A DNA stretch of 64,000 bases from Caldisericaceae bacterium (GTDB lineage Bacteria > Caldisericota > Caldisericia > Caldisericales > Caldisericaceae): the NCBI GenBank assembly GCA_049967855.1, contig JBMFRX010000003.1, forward strand, positions 1 to 64,000, in the 5' to 3' direction. This document shows positions 39,899 through 49,793 of this stretch, one piece after another. Both the position numbers and the translations under genes were made by a program. The stretch's first letter is position 1, and every line of letters starts with the position of its first letter. The notes under the pieces are model-generated. The model was not told the DNA's origin, did no database searches, and worked only from the letters and a program-made list of their open reading frames with translations.

Positions 39899-40834
39899 TT
39901 ACGACTTCTTTCTTATATTAAAATAAACTACCTGTCCAGGTTTGAGTTCTTCGACATTTCTGTACAGCTCTTGCACAGTTACCTTTCCAAAAGCTGTTTC
40001 CATTATTATTTCTGCGGTACCACCAAGAAAAGCAATCTCATCTATTCTTCCGCTATATTCTCCTTCTCTTGTTATCACCAAATCTTCAGGCCTCACGAAG
40101 ATATTTTCTCCATCAATCCTGAGCAAGTTTCCTTTGCCTATAAAAGTTTTGGCAAAAGGTGTATCAGGATTTGAATACAACTCATAAGGGGTACCTATCT
40201 GCTCTATTTTACCGCTGTTAAAGAGGATAATCCTGTCTGAAAGGTACATTGCTTCTCTCTGGTCGTGAGTCACATATATGATGGTCAGCCCATAGTTCTC
40301 TTTTATTGATTTTACCTCTTGAATGAGTTTCTCGCGAATCTTCGCATCAAGTGAAGACATCGGCTCGTCCATAAGCAAGATGTCAGGTTTAACCACAAGT
40401 GCTCTTGCAATAGCTGCTCTTTGAGCTTCTCCTCCTGAAATTTTGTCAGGTGATTTATGTAATACGTGGCTTATTTCGAGTTTCTCTGCCATATCTTCCA
40501 CAAGCTCTCTTACCTTGCCCTCTTCGATGTGTTTTACCCTTAAGCCAAAAGCAATGTTTGAGAAGACATCAAGAAACGGAAAAAGCGCATAATCTTGAAA
40601 AACAATACCGATGTTTCTTTTCTCTGGTGGAAAATTAGAAATCTCAACTCCATCTTTCACAATCATGCCTTTATCCTCACGAATGAAGCCTGCTATAATG
40701 TGCAGAATTGTCGTCTTTCCAGAACCAGATGGGCCTAAAATAGAAACCAGTTCTCCATCTTTTACAGAGAAGTCGACCTTAAGATGAAAATCGCCATAGT
40801 CCTTTACAATGTCAACAAGTTCAAGTTTATTCAT
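39899..40834 (-). CDS. thiQ: Thiamine ABC transporter ATP-binding protein
   Basis: GPSGSGKTT, VFQDYALFP, ISGGEAQR, LLMDEP, VTHDQ; operon context. Confidence 0.85.
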   Translation of the reverse strand: MNKLELVDIVKDYGDFHLKVDFSVKDGELVSILGPSGSGKTTILHIIAGFIREDKGMIVKDGVEISNFPPEKRNIGIVFQDYALFPFLDVFSNIAFGLRVKHIEEGKVRELVEDMAEKLEISHVLHKSPDKISGGEAQRAAIARALVVKPDILLMDEPMSSLDAKIREKLIQEVKSIKENYGLTIIYVTHDQREAMYLSDRIILFNSGKIEQIGTPYELYSNPDTPFAKTFIGKGNLLRIDGENIFVRPEDLVITREGEYSGRIDEIAFLGGTAEIIMETAFGKVTVQELYRNVEELKPGQVVYFNIRKKS

Positions 40835-42492
40835 AGATAGTCCTTTCTGCTATTCAGAGAATCTATTAGCAAAAAAGCTAATAAACTCATTATTAGCAGT
40901 ATTGTGCCGAATGCCTGCGCTGCTCCAAAATGCCTTCCCGACATTAGTCGGTACAATGCAATAGGTATTGTTGTATTTTCACTCCGGAACAGCATCAACG
41001 TTGCGCCAAACTCACCCATCGAAATCGCAAATGCAAAAGTTGCAGCTGAGACCAACGGCTTTTTTATGAGGTCTATGTCAACCGTGAAAAACGTTTTAAA
41101 TTTGCTAAGCCCAAGACTCCTTGCAACAAGTGAAAAATCAGTCGAGGTTGATTCTACAACTGGCATAATAGACCTCAAGACAAATGGAAACGCAATCAAC
41201 GTATGGGAAATTGCAATAAATATCCAGTTAAAGGGAGAGCTGTTTATGAAAGGCTGAAATGTGACAATGTAAGAGAGAGCTATTGTTAATGGTGATAACA
41301 CAATTGAAAACATCAAAAATGGCAACACATACTTCTTCAGGTTTGTATGCAATTTAAGGTAATAAGCAGATGGAATGGCAAGCCCTATAGATAAACAAAC
41401 CGTAATAAGACCAAAATAAACACTATTCAAAATCACCCTGCCCGACGAAACTCCAGTAATATAATTATAAGTTCCTTCAAAAATCTGTTTAAAATTTGAA
41501 AGGCTGAGTCCTGGGGAACCACTGGCTACAAAAGAGCTCAACACAATTACAATCATTGGAGCAACTATCAAGAGAAAAACGAAAATCAAATAGCTGAAGG
41601 AAAGAGAAAAAGAGAGTCTGCTCCATTTTTGTTTAGTGTAAGAAAACGTCCTTTTTACAATCCCGACGCCCGACAAACCTTCGGCTCGAAGGTAAATCAA
41701 TACGAAAATCACAAGAATAAGCGCCTGAATAATAGCAAGAACGCTTCCTGTTCTGAAATCTGAAAAAGTGTTGTAGTACATATAAATGGCAACTTCCGTA
41801 GTGGCAAAACCTGCTCCACCGATAGTCATAATTATTACGAAGCTCAGGAAACAGAAGATGAAGACAAGCGAAAAACTTGATAAAACAGAAGGCAAAAGAA
41901 GCGGAAGTGTTACCGCAAAAAAAGTTCTTACCTTAGATGCCCCAAGACTTTTGGCAACATAGGAATATTCCTCAGAGATACCATCCCAGGACGAGCCAAC
42001 AATCCTTAGAGCAATTGGAAAGTTGTAAAAAGAATGAACAAGAATAATTCCAGTAAAAGAGTAAAGAAGATGTATATCAACGTTTCTTCCAAATATATAT
42101 GATAAAGCGTTATTTAAGATACCGTTTCTGCCGAATAAGACAATGAACCCCAGTCCAACTAGTACGGATGGAAGAACAAACGGCACGGTCGAAAGCGACA
42201 TTAAGAAGCTCTTGAACCTGAAATTGTAATGAGAAACAATGTACGCCCCAGGCAATCCTATAAGCACCGTAACAAATGCGCTTACAAAAGCTTCTTTAAA
42301 GGTAAAATAGAGCACGCGAAGAGTATAAGAATCAGTAACGATGCTAAGAAACGAAGAAAAATTAAAGCGACCCCCTGTGCTAAAAGCAACTTTTACAAGA
42401 GTAAGAATCGGAAAAAAAAGAAAAAAACAAATGAACAACACTGGCACAAAAATCAGAGCAAAGCCGTCAAAAAATTTCTTTATCTTATCCAA
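40831..42492 (-). CDS. thiP: Thiamine ABC transporter permease (duplicated TMD)
   Basis: Two EAA-like loops (AKSLGAS, ARSLGLS), SMGEFGAT; TTG start directly after the TPP riboswitch. Confidence 0.87.
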   Translation of the reverse strand: MDKIKKFFDGFALIFVPVLFICFFLFFPILTLVKVAFSTGGRFNFSSFLSIVTDSYTLRVLYFTFKEAFVSAFVTVLIGLPGAYIVSHYNFRFKSFLMSLSTVPFVLPSVLVGLGFIVLFGRNGILNNALSYIFGRNVDIHLLYSFTGIILVHSFYNFPIALRIVGSSWDGISEEYSYVAKSLGASKVRTFFAVTLPLLLPSVLSSFSLVFIFCFLSFVIIMTIGGAGFATTEVAIYMYYNTFSDFRTGSVLAIIQALILVIFVLIYLRAEGLSGVGIVKRTFSYTKQKWSRLSFSLSFSYLIFVFLLIVAPMIVIVLSSFVASGSPGLSLSNFKQIFEGTYNYITGVSSGRVILNSVYFGLITVCLSIGLAIPSAYYLKLHTNLKKYVLPFLMFSIVLSPLTIALSYIVTFQPFINSSPFNWIFIAISHTLIAFPFVLRSIMPVVESTSTDFSLVARSLGLSKFKTFFTVDIDLIKKPLVSAATFAFAISMGEFGATLMLFRSENTTIPIALYRLMSGRHFGAAQAFGTILLIMSLLAFLLIDSLNSRKDYL

Positions 42493-42497
42493 ATTAT

Positions 42498-42593
42498 TCC
42501 TCCCTTCGGTAGGATTACCTACATCAGGTTCAATGGGTTGAAGTTTCAGACTTCTCTCAGCCTACTTACGAACAGCTTTCAGCACCCCTGAAC
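42498..42593 (-). ncRNA. TPP riboswitch
   Basis: Reverse complement AGGGGTGC...GGCTGAGA...ACCC.TTGAACCTGAT GTAGG TAAT CCTAC CGAAGGGA matches the THI-box consensus; extended -10 TGCTATAAT at about 42600-42608. Confidence 0.93.
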
Positions 42594-42627
42594 AAACATA
42601 TTATAGCATAAGCAACAATTTTTAAAA

Positions 42628-42718
42628 TGGCGGAGAGAGTGGGATTTGAACCCACGGCAGGCGATTAACCCGCACACGCTCTCCAGGCGTGCACCTTAAA
42701 CCACTCGGTCACCTCTCC
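42628..42718 (-). tRNA. tRNA-Ser(GGA)
   Basis: Reverse complement GGAGAGGTGACCGAGTGGTTTAAGGTGCACGCCTGGAGAGCGTG...long variable arm...GGTTCAAATCCCACTCTCTCCGCCA. Confidence 0.97.
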
Positions 42719-42866
42719 ATCCAGATGAAATGATACCAAAATTCATAAAAAAATCAACGGCAAAACGCAAGAACAATTATTAATGAGTCAAGCTCGTTTT
42801 GAAAGAGCAAAGCTAAATAGGGTTGGCTCAATTGCTACGTTTACTAATCAGGAAGAACTCTGCAAC

Positions 42867-44099
42867 CTAGAAGTGAACTTTGAAGAACGATAAAAAAATA
42901 ACCCAGGCAACTCCTACAAGGATTACAAATATAACATTTCTGTATAGAAGCTTGTACGTTAGACCGAGCTTCGCCTTAAAGAAATCAACGCTCAGTGAAA
43001 GGCAAAGATGGGTCGGAGTTATAGCAAGAGCAGTCCATACACCCATATACGCTATGAAAACATGAGCAGGGTTAACAGACCCACTCGCATTTTGCATAAT
43101 GGGAAGAAGAAGAGAATAAGAAAGTCCTATTGCAGCAGAGGAAATACCAGTCATAAGGCCCACAACAAACGGAATAAAGAACAGTGGTATTTCATAGGGG
43201 ATTTTATAGTAAACAAATGCATCATAAATTCCTTTTATCAAATTGCTCTCTATTGAAATATATTTCAGAAAGAAAATTGCAACCATCAGGAAAGCATAGT
43301 TTATTAGCGTAAGTATTCTTATAGACTTCTTTATTTTAGAAAAGTCAAGTCTTCTTACAACAATCACATAAATAATACCGATAAGAATGGCCGCCGCAAC
43401 TGAAAGACTCCTGAAAATAAATACAATTGCAATAACAAGAACAATTGGAAAAATGCTCATAGCAATGTGGACATAATCTGAGACATAAGAACTCGACCTT
43501 GCAAAACCATTTTCTTTTACCATCGGCAAAATGAATATTACTCCCGACAGGAACATTGCAAGAGAGATTGGCCACTGGGTTTTAACTATAAACGAAAGGG
43601 GCACGTTTAGCAAAGAAGCGCTTAGAAGTATTTCTGGGAAAAGAGGAGAAATAGGCTCCCAAATGTGCCTGAACCAAAAATTGATAACTACTTTTTCATG
43701 CGAGAGCAAAGTTGTGTTCTTTGAACCCTCCTCAACAAGGGGAGCTGACACGAGAGCTCCGCCTGGCATAGCAAGAGCTCCTATTATCAAAGAAAAGGCT
43801 GGGATGAAAATTTTAGGCCTGAAGACTTTCGAAAAACTGTCAACAATCTCAGTCAAGAAACCAGACTCTTTGAGAATATCTGCAAAAATTGTTGCCGCCA
43901 CAACCACCAGAACCATATTAACAGTTTCACTCGATACAGCAGAATTGTAAAACGACACTAAAATATGCACAAAACCGAAATGCTCTAAGAGAGCAAGGAG
44001 AATGGCTGATAATGCAATAGATATGCCAATATTAATTCTAAATCGAATCAAGACTCCGAGGAACACCATCACAACTGTCAAAATTATCAAATAGTTCAC
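42867..44099 (-). CDS. DUF401 family membrane protein
   Basis: IGAL.MPGGALVSAPLV, NFWFRHIWE...PL.P, TPTHLCL.LS..FFK. Confidence 0.85.
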   Translation of the reverse strand: MNYLIILTVVMVFLGVLIRFRINIGISIALSAILLALLEHFGFVHILVSFYNSAVSSETVNMVLVVVAATIFADILKESGFLTEIVDSFSKVFRPKIFIPAFSLIIGALAMPGGALVSAPLVEEGSKNTTLLSHEKVVINFWFRHIWEPISPLFPEILLSASLLNVPLSFIVKTQWPISLAMFLSGVIFILPMVKENGFARSSSYVSDYVHIAMSIFPIVLVIAIVFIFRSLSVAAAILIGIIYVIVVRRLDFSKIKKSIRILTLINYAFLMVAIFFLKYISIESNLIKGIYDAFVYYKIPYEIPLFFIPFVVGLMTGISSAAIGLSYSLLLPIMQNASGSVNPAHVFIAYMGVWTALAITPTHLCLSLSVDFFKAKLGLTYKLLYRNVIFVILVGVAWVIFLSFFKVHF

Positions 44100-44153
44100 G
44101 ATGTCTAATTATATTTCATTTGCTGCTTTTGCAAAATTACTCTATAATAAATT

Positions 44154-45320
44154 ATGTTTAAACTAGAATCCCTTATAGGAGAACTTGATAGAATTATTCA
44201 GGAAAAAGAGGCTGAAGCTCAAAAGAAATCTGATTTGATTGACAACCTCCTGGAAATTCTTTTCCAGATTGACCCAGATTTGATAAGAAACAGCAGCAGT
44301 AAGGATGTTCCGTATTCTTTCGCCACCCCCTGCACTCAAGTCTCGAAAGGCATTAAGCCTGAAAAGCCACCAAGAGAGTATTCAGTTGCAGCCTGCGATG
44401 GCTCCCTTATTCCGATAGATGAAGATTTTTATTTTCCTTATTTCGTCATCAATACAGGCTTTGTCTACATAAAGTACGGCAGAGATAACGTTTTTGTTGC
44501 AGATTCAATCCCTCAAATCTTCTATAGAGATGAGGAGATCTATGAGCAACTGTATGGCAATTTCAAGCAATTGATAAAAGGTGAATCGTTAAGTTCAAAA
44601 ATGCTTCTCAAAGAAAGCGTTAAGCTCGAAGAACTCATAAGAAAATACAGCTCTCGCAGTGCTCCTTTTGTTGCATTGATTGACGGGACTCTGATACAGT
44701 GGGAGGTCAAAAACAAACCGGATGAATTCATCAGGACTTTTGTTAGCAACTTTGAGCAGCTGTTCAAAACAGCTCAGGAAGAAAATGTCCCTGTTGCAGG
44801 TTATATAAGCGGAACAAGGTCAAGGGATGTTTTAGGAACAATAAACCTGTATTGCGAGAAGAAAGGCATAAAAATCAACGGTCTCAGCAATAATTCTAAC
44901 TCTTCAGAACAAACTGGTAAAATATTTTCGATGATTCTCGATAGAGAACTTTTCTCAAGAATATTAAGAAACGGCGAGCGCTCAACTTTGTTTCAAAGTA
45001 ATGAGCCAATATTAAACTTTTATAGCACTCCTGTATACTTTTTCTTTCTCAACGCTTCTGAAGAAATAGTACGAGTAGAGGTGCCTGAGTTCGTTGCAAA
45101 AGATGAAACCAAACTGGCAATGGTCCATTCAACTCTTGTAAGCCAGATTGAGAAGGGGCCAAATTACCCTGTCGCATTGAGAGAAGCTCACGAACAGGCT
45201 GTAATCCATAATATAGAAAAGACAGCACTTGAAAAGATAATTACCGAGCTTCTATCGAAAAGTAGCATTCAATTCACAGAAAATTCAAAACTTGTCTCAA
45301 AACATTCAAGGCAGTTTTAA
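44154..45320 (+). CDS. nurA: NurA family nuclease
   Basis: VAACDGS, ALIDGTL, VAGYIS, EIVRVEVP, YP.ALREAHEQAVI. Confidence 0.85.
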   Translation: MFKLESLIGELDRIIQEKEAEAQKKSDLIDNLLEILFQIDPDLIRNSSSKDVPYSFATPCTQVSKGIKPEKPPREYSVAACDGSLIPIDEDFYFPYFVINTGFVYIKYGRDNVFVADSIPQIFYRDEEIYEQLYGNFKQLIKGESLSSKMLLKESVKLEELIRKYSSRSAPFVALIDGTLIQWEVKNKPDEFIRTFVSNFEQLFKTAQEENVPVAGYISGTRSRDVLGTINLYCEKKGIKINGLSNNSNSSEQTGKIFSMILDRELFSRILRNGERSTLFQSNEPILNFYSTPVYFFFLNASEEIVRVEVPEFVAKDETKLAMVHSTLVSQIEKGPNYPVALREAHEQAVIHNIEKTALEKIITELLSKSSIQFTENSKLVSKHSRQF

Positions 45321-46360
45321 CTTTCCTTAATGTATTTGTCTATCTCGTCTTTCAACGCTTCAAATAGTTTGTTTCCCTCAACAACCTTGACTATTTTTCC
45401 TTTTCTGAAAATAACTCCGCTATTCTTTCCGCCAGCAATCCCAATATCGGCATCCATAGCCTCCCCTGGACCATTAACAACGCAACCCATAACGGCTATT
45501 TTCAATGGCAACTTGACATCGCCATAAACTTTTTTCACTTTTGCCACAATGTCAAGGACATCAATCTCTGTTCTGCCACACGTGGGGCAGGAAATTACAT
45601 CAATTCCTTTTTCCCTCAGTCCGAGACTCTTCAAAAGTGTGAAGCCTGCCTCAATTTCAGCTCCAGAATCCCCTGTGATAGAAACTCTCAAAGTATCTCC
45701 AATTCCCGCAAGGAGAAGTGCTCCTATCCCAACACTGCTCTTTACGAGCGATTCGTCAGCAGGTCCAGCTTCTGTGACTCCAAGATGAATAGGATAATTA
45801 CTCAGTGTAGCTACTTTCTCATTAGCTTTTATTGTTGTAAGGACATCAGAAGTTTTTATCGAAATGACTATGTCGGAGAAGTCTTCATCCTCGAGAATCT
45901 TAACCTCGTTCATCGCACTCTGAATCAAAGCTTCGACTACATCTTTCGGTCTTTCCCTGAAAGAGCCTAAATTTGCTCCAATTCTTATGGCAACACCATA
46001 GCTTTTCGCAAGCAAAGTTATCTTCCTTATGTAATCTCTGTCCTTGATATTTGAAGGATTCAGGCGTACCTTGTCAACTCCATTTTTTATAGATTCGATG
46101 GCAAGCCTTGGGTCAAAATGAATGTCTGCAACAAGCGGTATATGAATTTTGTCTTTTATGCCTTTTATTGCATAGGCTGCCTCAAGGTCTGGCACGGCAA
46201 CCCTTATGATTTCGCAGCCTTTATCTTCAAGCTTTAGGATTTCATCTACTGTCGAACTTACATCCCTTGTGTCGGTTTTTGTCATTGACTGTACTGCTAT
46301 CGGATTGTTTCCTCCAATAAGTACACTGCCAACTCTTACAACTCTTGAATCGCGTCTCAT
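45317..46360 (-). CDS. ispG: HMBPP synthase IspG
   Basis: IAVQSMT.T, LVADIHFD, HLGVTEAG, GIGDT.RVS, SCPTCGRT, AVMGCVVNGPGE. Confidence 0.97.
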   Translation of the reverse strand: MRRDSRVVRVGSVLIGGNNPIAVQSMTKTDTRDVSSTVDEILKLEDKGCEIIRVAVPDLEAAYAIKGIKDKIHIPLVADIHFDPRLAIESIKNGVDKVRLNPSNIKDRDYIRKITLLAKSYGVAIRIGANLGSFRERPKDVVEALIQSAMNEVKILEDEDFSDIVISIKTSDVLTTIKANEKVATLSNYPIHLGVTEAGPADESLVKSSVGIGALLLAGIGDTLRVSITGDSGAEIEAGFTLLKSLGLREKGIDVISCPTCGRTEIDVLDIVAKVKKVYGDVKLPLKIAVMGCVVNGPGEAMDADIGIAGGKNSGVIFRKGKIVKVVEGNKLFEALKDEIDKYIKES

Positions 46361-47382
46361 TTTGCAAAGAGCTTTATTATATCGTTAATGCTTATAAGAA
46401 ACATCAAAGCAAGTACAAAGATAAAACCTGCTCCCTGGACTGCAGCCTGTTTTTCTGCTGGGACTGGCTTGCGAGTTATCGCCTCCCACAAAATAAGCAC
46501 AATCCAGCTTCCATCAAGCGCTGGGATAGGCAGCAAATTTGTAAATCCAAGTGCAATGCTTATGAAAGCAGCAAACCACAATAGATTTGCAAAGCCGTAT
46601 GAGGCAGCCTGTCCAGTCATTGCGACAATTCCGATAGGCCCAGTTAAAGAGCTCAAACCTTTCCTCGTAAAAAGTGACGGAAGCAGCGTAAAACTCTGAT
46701 AGAGCACCTTGCCAGTCCACTTTATTGCTTCCCACAGAGAGACAAAAACGTTATATTTTTCGCCTCTTGGAGAAACTCCAATCATCCACTGGCCAGTTGA
46801 AACGTCTTTTTTGGGCTGTACTGCAATTGTTACCACATTCCCATTGCGAACTAAACTGATACTTAAAGTGCCGCCATTGCTTGAGTGAACAATACTGGTT
46901 AAATCATCCCAGGTTGATATTTCATTACCATTAATCTCAGTTATCCTATCGTTGGGAAGAATCCCTGCAGTTTGTGCAGGACTGTCTGAACTTACACTAG
47001 ATATAACAGTTGAGGGAACAAGAGGATTTCCAAAAGCAGAGAAAACAACAGCAAAAATAACAACTGCAGCAACAAAATTCATAAATGGTCCCATAAAAAG
47101 TGTGATGAATCTTTGAAAGAGCCCTTTTTTGAAGAAACCATCAGGTGCGTCAAAGTCGCCTTCCATTCCTTTTATCTTCACATAACCGAGAATTGGTAAC
47201 AAGCCAACTTTATAAAGAGTGCCTCCTCTCTTTTTCTGCAGGACGGTTGGTCCAAATCCGATACTGAATTCCTCAACGGGAATGCCCGAAGCCTTTGCGG
47301 CTAAGAAGTGCCCCGTTTCGTGCACAAGAGCAAGTACTCCTATTATTACCACGCCATAAATTATCGTCAAAATTATGTTCAT
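46357..47382 (-). CDS. rseP: RIP metalloprotease RseP (M50, PDZ)
   Basis: HETGH, FSIGFGP, GP.MN, PDZ domain, NLLPIPALDG. Confidence 0.93.
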   Translation of the reverse strand: MNIILTIIYGVVIIGVLALVHETGHFLAAKASGIPVEEFSIGFGPTVLQKKRGGTLYKVGLLPILGYVKIKGMEGDFDAPDGFFKKGLFQRFITLFMGPFMNFVAAVVIFAVVFSAFGNPLVPSTVISSVSSDSPAQTAGILPNDRITEINGNEISTWDDLTSIVHSSNGGTLSISLVRNGNVVTIAVQPKKDVSTGQWMIGVSPRGEKYNVFVSLWEAIKWTGKVLYQSFTLLPSLFTRKGLSSLTGPIGIVAMTGQAASYGFANLLWFAAFISIALGFTNLLPIPALDGSWIVLILWEAITRKPVPAEKQAAVQGAGFIFVLALMFLISINDIIKLFAK

Positions 47383-48524
47383 ATGTTATGCCTCCGTAAA
47401 ATTCTCTCTGTTTGAGATATGCCTTGGTCAAAAAAATATTTAATCTCTTCGTAAGAATGAATATCTTTGTGCTCAAAGGTTTCCATAATCTCTTCAAAAT
47501 AATTGTTAATATCATTGTATCCTATGTTGCCCTCAATAAATTGCGTTGCAAGGACCTCGTCGACAGCAACAATTATCGGAAGGAAATTGCCCCCCTCTGT
47601 ACCAAATTTCAGGACAGTCGAAAAAGCCTTGAACTTATTCACATCCAGTGATTCAAAAGAAAGTTTTCCTAATTCCTCGAGCCTCAATTTAGGGAAGTTG
47701 CTTTTCACTCTGCTTGGGTAGGTCAACGCGTACTGGAGAGAATAGTACATTTTAGGAACGCTAAGGATGGCCTTCTCAAAACCATCAACAAACTCAACTA
47801 TTGAGTGTACCACGCTTTCTCTGTGGACTATTGGGCTAATCTTTGTATACGGTAAACCAAAGAGAAAATGAGCTTCCATAACCTCAAAAGCCTTATTAAC
47901 CATAGTTGCAGAGTCGATTGTAATTTTTCTGCCCATCCTCCAGTTGGGGTGCTTCAATGCCATAGCGGCATTTACCGAGGAAATTGAAGATTCATCATAA
48001 TCCAAAAAAGGACCCCCTGAAGCTGTTATTATGAGCCTCTCAATAGATTCAAAAGGCTCTCCTAATAGAATTTGGAAAATTGCCGATGCTTCGCTATCCA
48101 CAGGAAGAATATATTTCCTTGAGGATTCATTAAAGATAACGTCTCCTCCTGCAATAATTGATTCCTTATTGGCAATTGCAACTCTTTTCTTTTCCGACAA
48201 GAGCTCAATAATTGCAGGCAAAGCAGTTATTTCAGATGACAAGAAGAGCGTAATGTCAGGCGAGGCATCCCCCAAAACCGATGTGAGTTCTTTCTCTACA
48301 TCAAAAACATACGTGTCGCTTAAATCAAATTTTATTTTTTGGGCTATGGCTTCTGATGCACCAACGTATTTCACTCTATTGAAAGAAGCCTGTTCGAGGA
48401 GCAGATTGCCATTTGAGAAACCGGTTATCCCAACTACTTTATAATCATCCCCTAAATTGTGGACAACCTCAAGAGCCTCTTTCCCAAGAGAGCCAGTCGA
48501 ACCTACTATAAAAACAGATTTCAT
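47379..48524 (-). CDS. dxr: 1-deoxy-D-xylulose 5-phosphate reductoisomerase
   Basis: GSTGSLG, ANKES, PVDSE, TASGGPF, HPNW.MG.KITIDSATM.NK..E. Confidence 0.95.
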   Translation of the reverse strand: MKSVFIVGSTGSLGKEALEVVHNLGDDYKVVGITGFSNGNLLLEQASFNRVKYVGASEAIAQKIKFDLSDTYVFDVEKELTSVLGDASPDITLFLSSEITALPAIIELLSEKKRVAIANKESIIAGGDVIFNESSRKYILPVDSEASAIFQILLGEPFESIERLIITASGGPFLDYDESSISSVNAAMALKHPNWRMGRKITIDSATMVNKAFEVMEAHFLFGLPYTKISPIVHRESVVHSIVEFVDGFEKAILSVPKMYYSLQYALTYPSRVKSNFPKLRLEELGKLSFESLDVNKFKAFSTVLKFGTEGGNFLPIIVAVDEVLATQFIEGNIGYNDINNYFEEIMETFEHKDIHSYEEIKYFFDQGISQTERILRRHNI

Positions 48525-49217
48525 CTAAATCCCGCCAAATTTTCTCTCTCTATTTTTGTATTGCTTTAATAAGCCCACAAATTCCTGTTCTGTAAAATCT
48601 GGCCAGAGAGTTCTAGTAAAAAAAAGTTCTGAATAAGCCGATTGGTAAATCAGAAAATTACTCAGCCTCATTTCACCGCTTGTCCTTATAATCATATCAG
48701 GGTCAGGAATTCCTGCAGTGTAAAGAAAAGAAGGAAAATTATCTTCACTCAGTTCAACGTTAGCTGCAGCAGCCTTTTTAACAGCATCAACAATTTCCTT
48801 GCGTCCTCCGTAGTTAATGGCAATATTCAACTGCATCTTCTTTCCATTCTGAGTTTCTCTCCTTGCAGTTTCAAGGGAACTCTTCAAGAAAAGAGGAAGA
48901 GCTTCCAGGTACCCAATGAAATTTAGCCTTATTGACTGCTCTTGCAGCTCGGGAATGTACGACCTAACAGCTTCCACAAATAGATTAAATAGGAAATTGA
49001 CCTCGTATTCTCCACGTTTCCAGTTCTCCGTAGAAAAGGCAAAAAGCGTTAAGTGCTTTAAACCATTGAGTGCAGCTGCCCGAGTAATGGTTCTAACAAC
49101 CTCAACGCCTTGCCTGTGCCCTTCTGTGCGAGGTAGGCCTCTCTGCTCTGCCCATCTTCCATTCCCGTCCATAATTATGGCAACATGAACTGGAACAGAA
49201 GAGTTAGAAAAAGTCAA
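48525..49217 (-). CDS. uppS: Undecaprenyl diphosphate synthase
   Basis: HVAIIMDGNGRWA, AFSTENWKR, NYGGR, IRTSGE.RLSNFL, R.RKFGG. Confidence 0.96.
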   Translation of the reverse strand: MTFSNSSVPVHVAIIMDGNGRWAEQRGLPRTEGHRQGVEVVRTITRAAALNGLKHLTLFAFSTENWKRGEYEVNFLFNLFVEAVRSYIPELQEQSIRLNFIGYLEALPLFLKSSLETARRETQNGKKMQLNIAINYGGRKEIVDAVKKAAAANVELSEDNFPSFLYTAGIPDPDMIIRTSGEMRLSNFLIYQSAYSELFFTRTLWPDFTEQEFVGLLKQYKNRERKFGGI

Positions 49218-49777
49218 ACCTCTAAGATCTCCTTTTCCTTTTTCTCAGTATGAGAGTCTACCAATTTTATGTATTTATCTGTAAGCTTTTGCACCTGTTC
49301 CATCATTCTGAATTTGTCGTCCTCAGAGATTTCTTTATTCTTCTCCATTTCCTTGAGCTTCTCGACATTATTCCTTCGTATAGCTCTAATTTCCTCTCTA
49401 AACTCTTCTGCCATTTTTTTAACCTGACCAACAATCCTCTTACGTTCTTCTTCATCCAATCGAGGAAAAGGCAAAGTAATTACAGAACCGTCGTTTTGCG
49501 GAGTAACACCAAGATTCGCCTTGAGTATTGCTCTCTCTACCTCTTTCAGCAAAGATTTGTCCCACGGTTCAACCACAAGAACCCTTGGTTTAGGTGCGAT
49601 AATGGAAGCAACTTGTTTGAGAGGCACCGAAGTACCGTATGCATCAACATGAACAGGATCTAACAACTCTGGAGTAACACGTGAAGCCATAATCTTAGCA
49701 AAGTCTCGTTCAAGAGCCTCTATTGAACGGTTCATTAAGTCTTCCACTTCCTTGTAAAGATTCTTTTCAATTTCCAT
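49214..49777 (-). CDS. frr: Ribosome recycling factor
   Basis: V.AYG..VPL.QVA, LGVTPQNDG, IRAIRR, ISEDD, KEKEILEV. Start at ATG 49777 after SD GAGGAGG. Confidence 0.95.
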   Translation of the reverse strand: MEIEKNLYKEVEDLMNRSIEALERDFAKIMASRVTPELLDPVHVDAYGTSVPLKQVASIIAPKPRVLVVEPWDKSLLKEVERAILKANLGVTPQNDGSVITLPFPRLDEEERKRIVGQVKKMAEEFREEIRAIRRNNVEKLKEMEKNKEISEDDKFRMMEQVQKLTDKYIKLVDSHTEKKEKEILEV

Positions 49778-49793
49778 TTTAACCCTCCTCTTT

